Made by a program: the position numbers and the translations under genes. The notes under the pieces were generated by a model. The model saw only the letters and a list, made by a program, of their open reading frames with translations, was not told where the DNA came from and did no database searches. Below are positions 7,215-15,511 of a stretch of DNA of 32,000 bases, piece after piece. Every line of letters begins with the position of its first letter. Within the stretch, counting starts at the first letter, position 1. Source of the stretch: Edaphobacter aggregans (GTDB lineage: Bacteria > Acidobacteriota > Terriglobia > Terriglobales > Acidobacteriaceae); assembly GCF_003945235.1 (NCBI RefSeq), contig NZ_RSDW01000001.1:2370001-2402000 (forward strand), read 5' to 3'.

Positions 7215-10200
7215 CTATTCGACAGTCAGGGTTACGGTTGTGCTGCGAATCAGAGTTCCGCTTGTGGCCGTCACGGTGATCGTGTAGGTCTGTTCGGTCT
7301 GCGAGAAGTAGCCGCCCTCTCCGCATCCCGACACAGCGCCGAGCGAGACCAGCGCCGCCAGCATCCATATCAGCAGCTTCTGTGGTCGCCTGCGATATCG
7401 CTTCAGACGGGCAAACGGCAACAACAGCAACGCGAACGCGACAGGTCCGAGGCGACGGCTGCGCGAAGCCATATGGCTTTGCGGAGGAACGCTAACGGTA
7501 AACGTCGTATTGGCTCCCGATGCTCCCGGTGTGACTGTGGCGGGGTTGAAGGTGTAGGTCGCGCCCGGTGGCAGGTTCGTCGCGCTCATCGTCACAGCAT
7601 TGGTGAACGACCCATTCATCGAACTGATGACGATGGTGAAGTTCGCCGAAGCTCCCGGTGGGATGAGCTGCCGTCCCGTGCTCGAGGCCACGGTAAAGTC
7701 TGGCGGCGGCGGGGTGACCACCAGTGTGACCGGCGGTGAGGTGGCCGGCGCGAAGTTCGCGTCGCCGCTGTAGATTGCCGTGATGATGTGCGTCCCTGGA
7801 GCGAGCGTCGTCACCAGCGTCACGGTTATGCCGTCCGTCCTCCCGGTGTTGGTTGGGACCGGCACGGTTCCGAGCACGGTTGTGCCATCATCAAAGGTCA
7901 CGGTTCCAGTGGCCCCGGCCGGCACCGTCGCGGTCAGTGTCACCGAGCTGCCTCCCACTGACGGGCCCGTCGGCGGTGTCACAATTATGTTGTCTATCGT
8001 CAGAATTCCGTTCACGAAGGCGAAGCCGTAGTTCGTCGCAGACAACGTGCCCTGCGTCACCATGATCGGATAGCTGCCAACCGGGGAGGCCGTCGTTGCC
8101 GTGGTCGATACAGCCGCTGCTCCCGAGACCACGGTAGAGGTATCGCCGTTGACGAAGCCGGTGATTGTCGTCGTGAACGGCGGATTCGCCAGACCAACCA
8201 CTCGCGAGGCATGGTTCGCTGTGACGGTGAGGGTCGCCTTGGTCACGGTCAGGATTCCGTTCACGAAGATGAAGCTGTAGTTTTTCGCAGCCAGCGTCCC
8301 CTGCGTTGCCGTGATCGGATAGGCGCCGACCGGGGAAGCCACTGTTGCCGTCGTCGATACAGCAGCCGCACCCGAGACTACGGCAGGGATATCGTCGTTG
8401 AGGAAGCCGGTGATTGTCGTCGTCAAGGGTGGATTCGGCTGACCATACACCCGCGAGGCGTTGTTCGGGGTCACGGTTAGCGTCGCCGGGGTCACGGTCA
8501 GTGTGCCGTTCACGAAGGCGAAGCTGTAGTTTGTAGCAGCGAGCGTTCCCTGCCCGATCGCGATGGGATAGCTGCCTACAGGTGAACTCTCGGTCGCCGT
8601 GGTCACCACCGTGGGCGCGCCGGTGACTGAGCTGGCTGGCGTGTCGCCGCCGACGAAGCCGGTGATCGTATAGGTCAGCGCTCCGTTATGCCCACTGAAC
8701 ATGCGTGTACTGTTGTTTGCGGTTACCGTCAGGATCGCGGGAGTGACCAGTTGCAGCAGTACGTCCGAAGTCGAAGCCGCGTGCGATCCGTCTCCGCTGT
8801 ATGCTGCTGTAATCGAATGTGTTCCCTGCATCAGCGCACTGGTCGCGAAGACCGCAACTGCTCCCGCAAGGGTAACGGGGGCACCCAGATTCGTTGCACC
8901 ATCCTTGAATTGAATGGTGCCTGTAGCTCCGCTGACCACGGTCGCAGTGAACGTCACTGTCTGGCCGAAGTCAGAGGGGTTATCCGAAGAGACGAGAGAA
9001 ACTGCGATCGGCCCTGGACTTACCGTCAGGAAAACCGGAGCACTCAAGCTACCGTCGCGGTTCGAGTCGCCGATAAAAACTGCCGTCAGCCTATGTGGCG
9101 ATCCCGCCACAGTGAAAGTGGACACTGTGAGGCTCGCTTCGCCCGTGGACGAGAGCGGGACTGCTCCTAACAACGTGGTGCCATCGTAGAAGTTCATGGT
9201 GCCCGTCGCTGTCGCGCCGCCTAACGTAAATGGGGTCACATTGGCTGTCAAAGTCACGGGCGTTCCGAACACGATCGTATCTGCCGTCGAAAGCACCAGT
9301 GTTGTCACTGTGGTCACCGGCGTAGCCGTCAATGGAATTGTTGGCGAGGTGCTACCACCAAAGTTCGCGTCGCCCGGATAGATTGCCTCGACATTGCGCG
9401 TCCCGCTACCTGGGATGCTTACCCCAGGTAACACCGCTGTCGTTGTTTGCGTCACCTGGTTCAGCAAGATGCTGATGTCATTAGCGCCATAATTTGGCAC
9501 CGCCAGATCCGCGATACCGTCGCCGTCGAAGTCGCCAACGGCTACTGCGTAGGGGAGATGGCCAACCGTGATCGGCGATCCCGAAGCTAGCGCGAAGCCG
9601 CCACTGCCGTTCCCCAGGAATATGCTCACGTCATCAGCGTCGAGATTCGCCACCGCCAGATCGACAATGCCGTCACCATTGAAGTCCCCCACGGCCACGT
9701 CGTTAGGACCGGCACCCGTCGCGACCGGCGATCCCGGGGCTGGCGAGAAGCCGCCATGACCGTCCCCCAACAATATGTTCATGTCATTCGAGAGATAATT
9801 CGTCACCGCCAGATCCGCGATGCCATCACCGTTAAAGTCTCCCACGGCGACGGATTGGGGATGATTACCCGCCGTAACGGGCGATCCTGGGGCCGGCAAG
9901 AAGCCACCACTGCCGTTTCCTAGCAATATGCTCACATTGGCGGAGGTCTGGTTTGTCACCGCCAGATCGGCGATGCCATCTCCATTGAAGTCACCCACGG
10001 TAATAGCGTAGGGACGAGTACCCACCGGGACTGTCGACCCCGAAGCCGAGAAGCCGCCACTACCGTTCCCTAGCAATATAGTCACGTCATTAGAACCCCA
10101 ATTTGCCACGGCTAGATCCGCAATGCCGTCGCCATTGAAGTCCCCTATGGCCACACCAAAGGGATCGGTGCCCACCGCAATCGGTGATCCCACAGCTGGC

Positions 10201-13200
10201 GAGAAGCCGCCACTACCGTTCCCTAACAATATGCTCACGTTAGTAGAGCCCGAATTTGCCACGGCCAAGTCCGCGATGCCGTCGCTATTGAAGTCCGCTA
10301 CGACCACACCAAAGGGGCTGGGGCCAACCGCGATTGGAGATCCTAGAGCTGGCGAGAAGCCGCCATGGCCGTTCCCCAGCAGTATGGTCAAAGTATTATC
10401 GGTATCATTTGCCACCACCAGATCCGCGATGCCATCGCCATTGAAGTCTCCAATGGCTGCAGCCACTGGTAAGTTGCCCACTGCGATTGGAGATCCCATA
10501 GCATTCGCAAAGCCGTGCCCCAGCGTTGGGGTCCCTGACGTCGCCGTTCCCAGAACACTATTGCCGTTTGTGGTATCGATGAAAGATACGCTGCCCGTGG
10601 GGCCTAGCGTAGCGTTCCCGGTACCCACGACGGTTGCTATCAGCGTGTAGTTCCCTGGAGTGCCGCTGGAAGTAATGGCTGTCGTCGTCGGGAAGGTTGC
10701 CAGTGGCGACACTGTTACTGCTTGTGCGGAGGAAATGCTCGCCGTATATGCTTTTGTCCCCGCAAAGACCGCAACATAGTTATGACTGCCGACACTCGGA
10801 ATAAATCTCAGTGCTGCAGTCCCTGCGCTCGTCAACTGCGCTGTACCCACGACAGCCAGGCCTGTGCAAGACGGCGCCGTTGCATCGCAGAATGTCACCA
10901 AGCCCGGATGGACGGCTGCACCACTGGTCGTCACCGTCGCAGTCAGGGTCATCACTGTCTGTGCCGCTAACGGTGAACCTGGCGACACTGCCAGCGAGGT
11001 CGCCGTCGGAAGCGAAGTAACCTGCTGTGTCAGCACATCCGAAGTCATCGGAAGATGACTTCCATCCCCGCTGTAGACCGCGGTTATCGGACGCGCTCCT
11101 GGCGTCAACGAGCTGCTTGTGTAAGCAGCAACTCCCGCCGCAAGAGTCACAGGTCCGCCCAGGTTCGCTGCACCATCCCTGAATTGAATAGTGCCTGTGG
11201 CTCCGCTGGGCACGGTCGCCGTAAACGTCACCGACTGACCAAAACTGGAAGGATTATCCGAAGAGACAAGGGAAACTGTGGGGGACGATGGACTTACCGT
11301 TAGCGAAACCGGACCGCTTGTGCTGGAGAGGAAGTGCGTGTCACCTTCATAGAGCGCCGTCAACGTGTGAGTACCTACCGCGAAGCCAGGAATCCCTCCG
11401 CTTGGCACCGTCAGGCCCGCTTCGCCAGCGGATGAGGTCGGCACTGTTCCTAACAACGTGGCTCCATCGTAGAAGCTCATGGTGCCCGTCGCAGTCAAGC
11501 TGCCTGCCGTGTATGGGGCCACAGCGGCCGTCAAAATCACCGGCATTCCGAACGCAATCGTGTTTGACGTCGAAAGCACCAGCGTGGTCGCCGTTGCTAC
11601 ACGCGAGCCCGTCAGTGGAATTGTTGGCGAGGTGCTGTCAGCGAAGTGCGTATCTCCGGGATAGGTTGCCTCGACAGGGCGAATCCCGCTGCCTGGTATG
11701 CTCACCCCGGGTAACACTGCCGTCGCCGTCTGCGTCACTTGATTCAGCAATATGCTTACGTCATTCGAGTCGAAATTTGGCACAGCCAGATCCGCAATGC
11801 CATCCCCATTGAAGTCACCAATCGCTACGGCATAGGGCCAAGTGCCCACCGCAACCGGCGATCCCGGAGCCGACGCGAAGCCGCCACTGCCGTTCCCCAC
11901 CAAGATGCTGACATTGTTGGATTCGAAATTTGGCACAGCTAAATCCGCGATGCCATCCCCATTGAAGTCACCAACGACTACATCATTGGGAAAACTGCCC
12001 ACAGCGACAGGCGATCCCGTAGCTGGTGCGAAGCCACCACTGCCGTTCCCCAGCAAGATGCTCACAGTATCCGCAGTTACATTTGCCACCGCCAGGTCCG
12101 CATGGCCATCTCCATTGAAGTCACCAACTTCAACAGCAACGGGAAAAGTGCCCACCGCGACCGGCGATCCCGGAGCTTGCGTGAAGCCGCCTCCACCGTC
12201 GCCCAGCAAGATGCTCACATTACCATCTCTTTGATTTGTTACCGCCAGATCCGCGCGGCCATCCCCATTGAAGTCGCCAACGGCCACACCATAGGCCCCT
12301 CCACCCACCGCGACCGGCGATCCCGAAGCTTGTGTGAAGCCGCCAGTGCCGTCCCCCAACAAAATGCTCACATCGTTACTGGAGAAATTTGTCACCGCCA
12401 GGTCTGCGATGCCGTCCCCATTGAAGTCCCCCGCCGCCACAAGGTAGGGATTGGTGCCCACAGCGACCGGCGATCCCGGAGCCGACGAGAAACCGCCACT
12501 GCCGTTCCCCAGCAATATGGTTACCGTGCCAGAGTCCGTATTTACCACCGCCAAATCCGCGTGGCCGTCACCATTGAAATCCCCAACGGCCAGACCATAA
12601 GGCCCGGCACCAACCGTAATCGGTGATCCCGTAGCTGGTGCGAAGCCGCCACTGCCGTTCCCCAGCAATATGCTTATAGTAGAGTCCGAATTCGACACCG
12701 CCAGGTCAGCGTGGCCGTCGCCATTAAAGTCCCCAACGGCTGCACCTACGGGCAGCTCGCCCACCTCGATTGGAGATCCCGTAGCATTTACAAAGCGGTG
12801 CCCCAGCGTTGGGGATCCCAGCGTCGCCGTTCCCACATTATTGCTGTTTGTAGTGTCGATGAACGATACGCTGCCTGTCGGGCCTAGCGTAGCGTTACCG
12901 GTACCCACGACGGTTGCCGTCAGCATGTAGGCCCCGACACTGCCGCTGGAAGTAATGGCGGTCGTCGTCGGGAAGGTTGCCGGTGGGGATACCGTTAATG
13001 CTTGCGCTGAGGAAGTGCTCGTCGCATACGCTGTTGTCCCCGCAAAGATCGCAATATAGTTATGACTGCCGATGGCCGGAGTAAACCGCAGCAACGCAGT
13101 CCCTGCGCTCGTCAATTGCGCTGTACCCACGACGGCCAGGCCCACGCAAGGCGGCGCCGTTGCCTCGCAGAATGTCACCAGCCCCGGATGGACAGCTGTA

Positions 13201-13388
13201 CCACTGGCCGTCACCGTCGCCATCAGGGTCATCACTGTCTGCGCCGCCAAAGGTGAACTCGGCGACACTGTCAGCGAGCTCGCCGTAGTAGTTTGCGCCC
13301 GCATTATCGTTCCGGGCAGCTGGACGGTCACCAGGAGAAGAACCACCTGTATCACACGGCGTAACTCACAGGCACAGAAAAGCTTCAT
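7215..13388 (-). CDS. Giant secreted FG-GAP/VCBS beta-propeller (2 x 7 blades) / Ig-like / 3x MBG protein with the same C-terminal membrane tail (about 2057 aa)
   Basis: The track ORF runs 7215..13418. I prefer the ATG at comp 13386-13388 (MKLFCACELRRVIQVVLLLVTVQLPGTIMRAQ/TTT) because AGGAGG (comp 13395-13400) lies 6 nt upstream. There are two blocks of seven GDFNGDG[IH]ADLAV...ILLGNGSGGF blades (integrin-alpha FG-GAP type). These are flanked by Ig-like repeats, then three tandem MBG-type domains, an Ig-like domain, and a terminal split Ig-like domain with a TM hairpin. Confidence 0.92.
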   Translation of the reverse strand: MKLFCACELRRVIQVVLLLVTVQLPGTIMRAQTTTASSLTVSPSSPLAAQTVMTLMATVTASGTAVHPGLVTFCEATAPPCVGLAVVGTAQLTSAGTALLRFTPAIGSHNYIAIFAGTTAYATSTSSAQALTVSPPATFPTTTAITSSGSVGAYMLTATVVGTGNATLGPTGSVSFIDTTNSNNVGTATLGSPTLGHRFVNATGSPIEVGELPVGAAVGDFNGDGHADLAVSNSDSTISILLGNGSGGFAPATGSPITVGAGPYGLAVGDFNGDGHADLAVVNTDSGTVTILLGNGSGGFSSAPGSPVAVGTNPYLVAAGDFNGDGIADLAVTNFSSNDVSILLGDGTGGFTQASGSPVAVGGGAYGVAVGDFNGDGRADLAVTNQRDGNVSILLGDGGGGFTQAPGSPVAVGTFPVAVEVGDFNGDGHADLAVANVTADTVSILLGNGSGGFAPATGSPVAVGSFPNDVVVGDFNGDGIADLAVPNFESNNVSILVGNGSGGFASAPGSPVAVGTWPYAVAIGDFNGDGIADLAVPNFDSNDVSILLNQVTQTATAVLPGVSIPGSGIRPVEATYPGDTHFADSTSPTIPLTGSRVATATTLVLSTSNTIAFGMPVILTAAVAPYTAGSLTATGTMSFYDGATLLGTVPTSSAGEAGLTVPSGGIPGFAVGTHTLTALYEGDTHFLSSTSGPVSLTVSPSSPTVSLVSSDNPSSFGQSVTFTATVPSGATGTIQFRDGAANLGGPVTLAAGVAAYTSSSLTPGARPITAVYSGDGSHLPMTSDVLTQQVTSLPTATSLAVSPGSPLAAQTVMTLTATVTTSGAAVHPGLVTFCDATAPSCTGLAVVGTAQLTSAGTAALRFIPSVGSHNYVAVFAGTKAYTASISSAQAVTVSPLATFPTTTAITSSGTPGNYTLIATVVGTGNATLGPTGSVSFIDTTNGNSVLGTATSGTPTLGHGFANAMGSPIAVGNLPVAAAIGDFNGDGIADLVVANDTDNTLTILLGNGHGGFSPALGSPIAVGPSPFGVVVADFNSDGIADLAVANSGSTNVSILLGNGSGGFSPAVGSPIAVGTDPFGVAIGDFNGDGIADLAVANWGSNDVTILLGNGSGGFSASGSTVPVGTRPYAITVGDFNGDGIADLAVTNQTSANVSILLGNGSGGFLPAPGSPVTAGNHPQSVAVGDFNGDGIADLAVTNYLSNDMNILLGDGHGGFSPAPGSPVATGAGPNDVAVGDFNGDGIVDLAVANLDADDVSIFLGNGSGGFALASGSPITVGHLPYAVAVGDFDGDGIADLAVPNYGANDISILLNQVTQTTTAVLPGVSIPGSGTRNVEAIYPGDANFGGSTSPTIPLTATPVTTVTTLVLSTADTIVFGTPVTLTANVTPFTLGGATATGTMNFYDGTTLLGAVPLSSTGEASLTVSTFTVAGSPHRLTAVFIGDSNRDGSLSAPVFLTVSPGPIAVSLVSSDNPSDFGQTVTFTATVVSGATGTIQFKDGATNLGAPVTLAGAVAVFATSALMQGTHSITAAYSGDGSHAASTSDVLLQLVTPAILTVTANNSTRMFSGHNGALTYTITGFVGGDTPASSVTGAPTVVTTATESSPVGSYPIAIGQGTLAATNYSFAFVNGTLTVTPATLTVTPNNASRVYGQPNPPLTTTITGFLNDDIPAVVSGAAAVSTTATVASPVGAYPITATQGTLAAKNYSFIFVNGILTVTKATLTVTANHASRVVGLANPPFTTTITGFVNGDTSTVVSGAAAVSTTATTASPVGSYPIMVTQGTLSATNYGFAFVNGILTIDNIIVTPPTGPSVGGSSVTLTATVPAGATGTVTFDDGTTVLGTVPVPTNTGRTDGITVTLVTTLAPGTHIITAIYSGDANFAPATSPPVTLVVTPPPPDFTVASSTGRQLIPPGASANFTIVISSMNGSFTNAVTMSATNLPPGATYTFNPATVTPGASGANTTFTVSVPPQSHMASRSRRLGPVAFALLLLPFARLKRYRRRPQKLLIWMLAALVSLGAVSGCGEGGYFSQTEQTYTITVTATSGTLIRSTTVTLTVE
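7990..8740 (-). repeat. Three tandem 249-bp repeats encoding MBG-type domains
   Basis: The marker CCGTTCACGAAG(G/A) recurs at 8008, 8257 and 8506, exactly 249 bp apart. The protein units are ...LTVT(A/P)NN(A/S)(T/S)R...TTTITGF...SPVG(S/A)YPI...TNY(S/G)F(A/I)FVNG(T/I)LT(V/I). Confidence 0.85.
9456..10510 (-). repeat. FG-GAP blade array B (7 units, about 153 nt / 51 aa period)
   Basis: Seven [GA]DF[ND][GS]DGI[AV]DL[AV]VAN... units are read in the protein. ATTGAAGTC markers lie 153 nt apart, for example at 10287 and 10440. Confidence 0.85.
11740..12790 (-). repeat. FG-GAP blade array A (7 units)
   Basis: Seven GDFNGDG[HIR]ADLAV... units are read in the protein. This is the counterpart of array B, one super-module upstream. 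Confidence 0.85.
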
Positions 13389-13666
13389 CTGCGTCCTCCT
13401 GACGGATGTCTTGCACAAATTCAGTTGTGAGGTTTTCGTGTCTTTGTTCGGGGTCTACTGATCCGGGGAGAATGGGATTCCGGGAGCATGTGGAATCAGT
13501 CTGACAGTACAAACCCAAGGGATGAACAGCGAGGTATACCGGAACTTACGCATCGGAGTCAATACCTCGAGAACAACTTCCAGTGTTATCGCCAACATTC
13601 GCCTTGTAAGAGGTATTTGGGGGCGCTGCGATCTCGTTCATTTGCGGAATCACGACATCATAATGC

Positions 13667-13708
13667 GTAAAAAGAGAACAGGCCATAGCACTCATTGAGT
13701 GCTATGGC
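13667..13708 (-). terminator. Strong intrinsic-terminator-like hairpin (12-bp perfect stem, 3-nt loop, U-rich tail on the minus strand)
   Basis: GCCATAGCACTC (13682-13693) / att / GAGTGCTATGGC (13697-13708). On the minus strand the stem is followed by CTGTTCTCTTTTTAC. No annotated gene ends nearby; the closest is the IS110 transposase, which ends at 14209. Confidence 0.6.
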
Positions 13709-14208
13709 AATTCATCCGCCAAGTTACTTGTCCAAAGGACTCGGCTTGCAGCGAATGCGAATAGAAACCGGGTGGAGCAATATGCGGTAGAACGATAAAA
13801 AGCCCTGATCAACGGAAAACAACATTGACAACAGGGACCTGCTCAGAGAAAACGCGCTTGTCGAAAGTGATCTAGCGTCGCACCTATGTTGCTTCAATGA
13901 GTGCATTGGCCTTCCATGAGAAGGCCGGTCGGTGTCAACCCGTTTTTTCTGTGGTGGGGGCAAGTCCATCTCCTGGCCGATGTGAACGCGATTTTGCACG
14001 CCGAGTTACTTTTGTCGCCACCCTTCCATCCGCACTCTGAGTGAGCTTTCAATAGCTCGGTGCAAGTTGGGTGTTCTCGATTCAGCCGGTGCTGCCACCT
14101 GTTAGAGCGACCTTTGACTCGATCTCTCAGCTGGAGTGTTGGGCCAGGCCAATGACGCAGTCACCGGAACTCGGCTTATGACGTTAAACCTCCATCCTCT
14201 GGGCTGAA

Positions 14209-15312
14209 CTATGCGGCTGCCGGCAGTGTAGCCCGACTGCTTGGCCGTAGTGGCACATAAACCTCTCTGCTCACCCATAGTCGATGCAGCAGGACGGCCA
14301 GCTTACGCGCGACCGCGATCACTGCGCGTTTCTTCCCGCGCTTGCCTCCGTGCTCAGCCAGCTTCATGCCCCATCGGCGCAGGTCGCTGTCGACTCCCCA
14401 GGGACCGAGTACGTGGTGGGCAGCCTGCACCAGAAGTGCTCGTAGATACGGATCGCCCTCTTTGCTGATGTGCATCTGCGGCTCGCTCTGTCCCGAGTTA
14501 CGCCTTCCAGGCTGGAGACCTACGTAGCAGGCTGCATCCCGGCTCTTGCGAAAACGGTGTGGATCTTCCAGCGTCAACATGTACGTGAGGGCGATTAGCG
14601 TTCCCACTCCCTTGATCTGCTTCAACTGCTCTGCTTCGGGATATCTGTTCCGCGCCATGGACTCAAGCAGCTGGTCGTACTCGCAGATCCGTTCGCTGAC
14701 CGACTCTATCTCTCTCATCATCGGTTCCAGTGCACGCTTCAACTCCGGACTCAGATCCTGGGCCGCCTGCGGCTTCATCCCTGGTGCGTTGCATCCGCGG
14801 AGCCGCTCCCCGTAGGACTTCGTCAGACCGCGCGCCGCGTTGACCAACATCGTCCGTGTGCGGACCGGAGCGGCCCGCGCCCGGATCACCGTAAGATCCG
14901 CTTGTGCCTCGGCGCTCCGATGCTTCACTGGGCACAGCAGCTGCGGATCGATCCTTACGAGTCGCGCAAGTGTCCTAGCGTCGAGCCGATCATCCTTGCG
15001 CCTGCTCTCCCCGATTAGCCGCACGCTGCGCGCGTGGGCCACGATCGCCTCATGACCGAGTTCGCTGAGCAACCGACTTACCCACGGTGAATGCGTTCCG
15101 GTCTCCAGTGCGATACGGCTCCGAGGCATCACTCCGAAAACCTCTTTTATCGCCTTGGGCGTCGTGCTCACCTTCTGCTCCAGCAGCACGTCACCTGCAT
15201 CATCCAACACGCAATAAAAGCTCGCCCTGTCGCCCAAATCCAGACCGACGGTCAGGCGTCCGTCCTGCTTGTTGAGTGTCTCCTGCATCATCGTGGTGGT
15301 AAGCTTTTTCAT
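14209..15312 (-). CDS. IS110-family (DEDD) transposase/recombinase, 367 aa
   Basis: N-terminal RuvC-like DEDD region (VGLDLGDRASFYCVLD ... IALETGTHSPW ... KDDRLDARTLARL). C-terminal Transposase_20-type region (LKQIKGVGTLIALTYMLTLEDPHRFRKSRDAACYVGLQPGRRNSGQ...ISKEGDPYLRALLVQAA). GAGGAG SD directly upstream. Confidence 0.92.
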   Translation of the reverse strand: MKKLTTTMMQETLNKQDGRLTVGLDLGDRASFYCVLDDAGDVLLEQKVSTTPKAIKEVFGVMPRSRIALETGTHSPWVSRLLSELGHEAIVAHARSVRLIGESRRKDDRLDARTLARLVRIDPQLLCPVKHRSAEAQADLTVIRARAAPVRTRTMLVNAARGLTKSYGERLRGCNAPGMKPQAAQDLSPELKRALEPMMREIESVSERICEYDQLLESMARNRYPEAEQLKQIKGVGTLIALTYMLTLEDPHRFRKSRDAACYVGLQPGRRNSGQSEPQMHISKEGDPYLRALLVQAAHHVLGPWGVDSDLRRWGMKLAEHGGKRGKKRAVIAVARKLAVLLHRLWVSREVYVPLRPSSRATLPAAA

Positions 15313-15511
15313 CGCCGGTCTCCTCTATCTCCCGCGCTTCGAGCGCGTCGATAACTTGGGAGCTTAACGCATCCCGTTGGAGACCGGCCTTCTCATCCCA
15401 TCTGTCATCGCCATTTGACAGGATCAGGTCACTTGTCCGCTTCACCGGCTATTCGGAAATTACCGCCCATATGGCATTTCAACTTCCGTGTCGCGGACGA
15501 TGCCGGAAGTT
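15313..15511 (-). other. Highly structured IS110 5' leader (SD-sequestering stem plus further hairpins); candidate bridge/guide-RNA region
   Basis: Perfect 10-bp inverted repeat GCCGGTCTCC (15314-15323) / GGAGACCGGC (15379-15388); the first arm overlaps the transposase SD. A nested hairpin CGCGCT-tcg-AGCGCG lies at 15333-15347. An 8-bp stem AACTTCCG (15481-15488) / CGGAAGTT (15504-15511) is also present. Confidence 0.5.

Larger units (their letters stand above)
8730..13290 (-). repeat. In-frame tandem duplication of a ~2.28 kb super-module (2 Ig-like + 7-blade FG-GAP propeller + 3 Ig-like)
   Basis: GTCATCACTGTCTG occurs at 10948 and 13228, an offset of 2280. ACATCCGAAGTC at 11035 matches ACGTCCGAAGTC at 8761, an offset of 2274. 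Antisense track ORFs 10722..10970 and 13062..13256 translate to near-identical peptides. Protein segments SLTVSPSSPLAAQTVMTLMATVTASGTAVHPGLVTFCEATAPPC... and SLAVSPGSPLAAQTVMTLTATVTTSGAAVHPGLVTFCDATAPSC... are collinear for about 750 aa. Confidence 0.9.

Noticed and set aside
9456-12790. Regularly spaced ~153-nt repeats, considered as a possible CRISPR-like array
   Set aside because: The repeats are in frame, degenerate at the DNA level and contiguous with no unique spacers. They encode FG-GAP propeller blades.
9196-12930. Many long + strand ORFs inside giant gene B (for example 10123..10650, 11842..12234, 12102..12626, 12670..12930) that are themselves repetitive
   Set aside because: They are antisense images of the FG-GAP repeat array. 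Their repetitiveness simply mirrors the coding-strand repeats. The minus-strand frame is open for over 2000 codons and has recognisable domains.
13389-13418. Upstream ATG (13418) as the start of giant gene B
   Set aside because: The ATG at 13388 has an AGGAGG SD 6 nt upstream and begins a normal signal peptide. The 10 extra residues (MCKTSVRRTQ) have no SD. The choice is kept as an uncertainty in the feature note.
13724-13999. 91-aa minus-strand ORF in the IS110-downstream spacer
   Set aside because: It has low-complexity, Ser/Arg/Leu-rich composition and no SD. It spans hairpins, so it is more likely non-coding.
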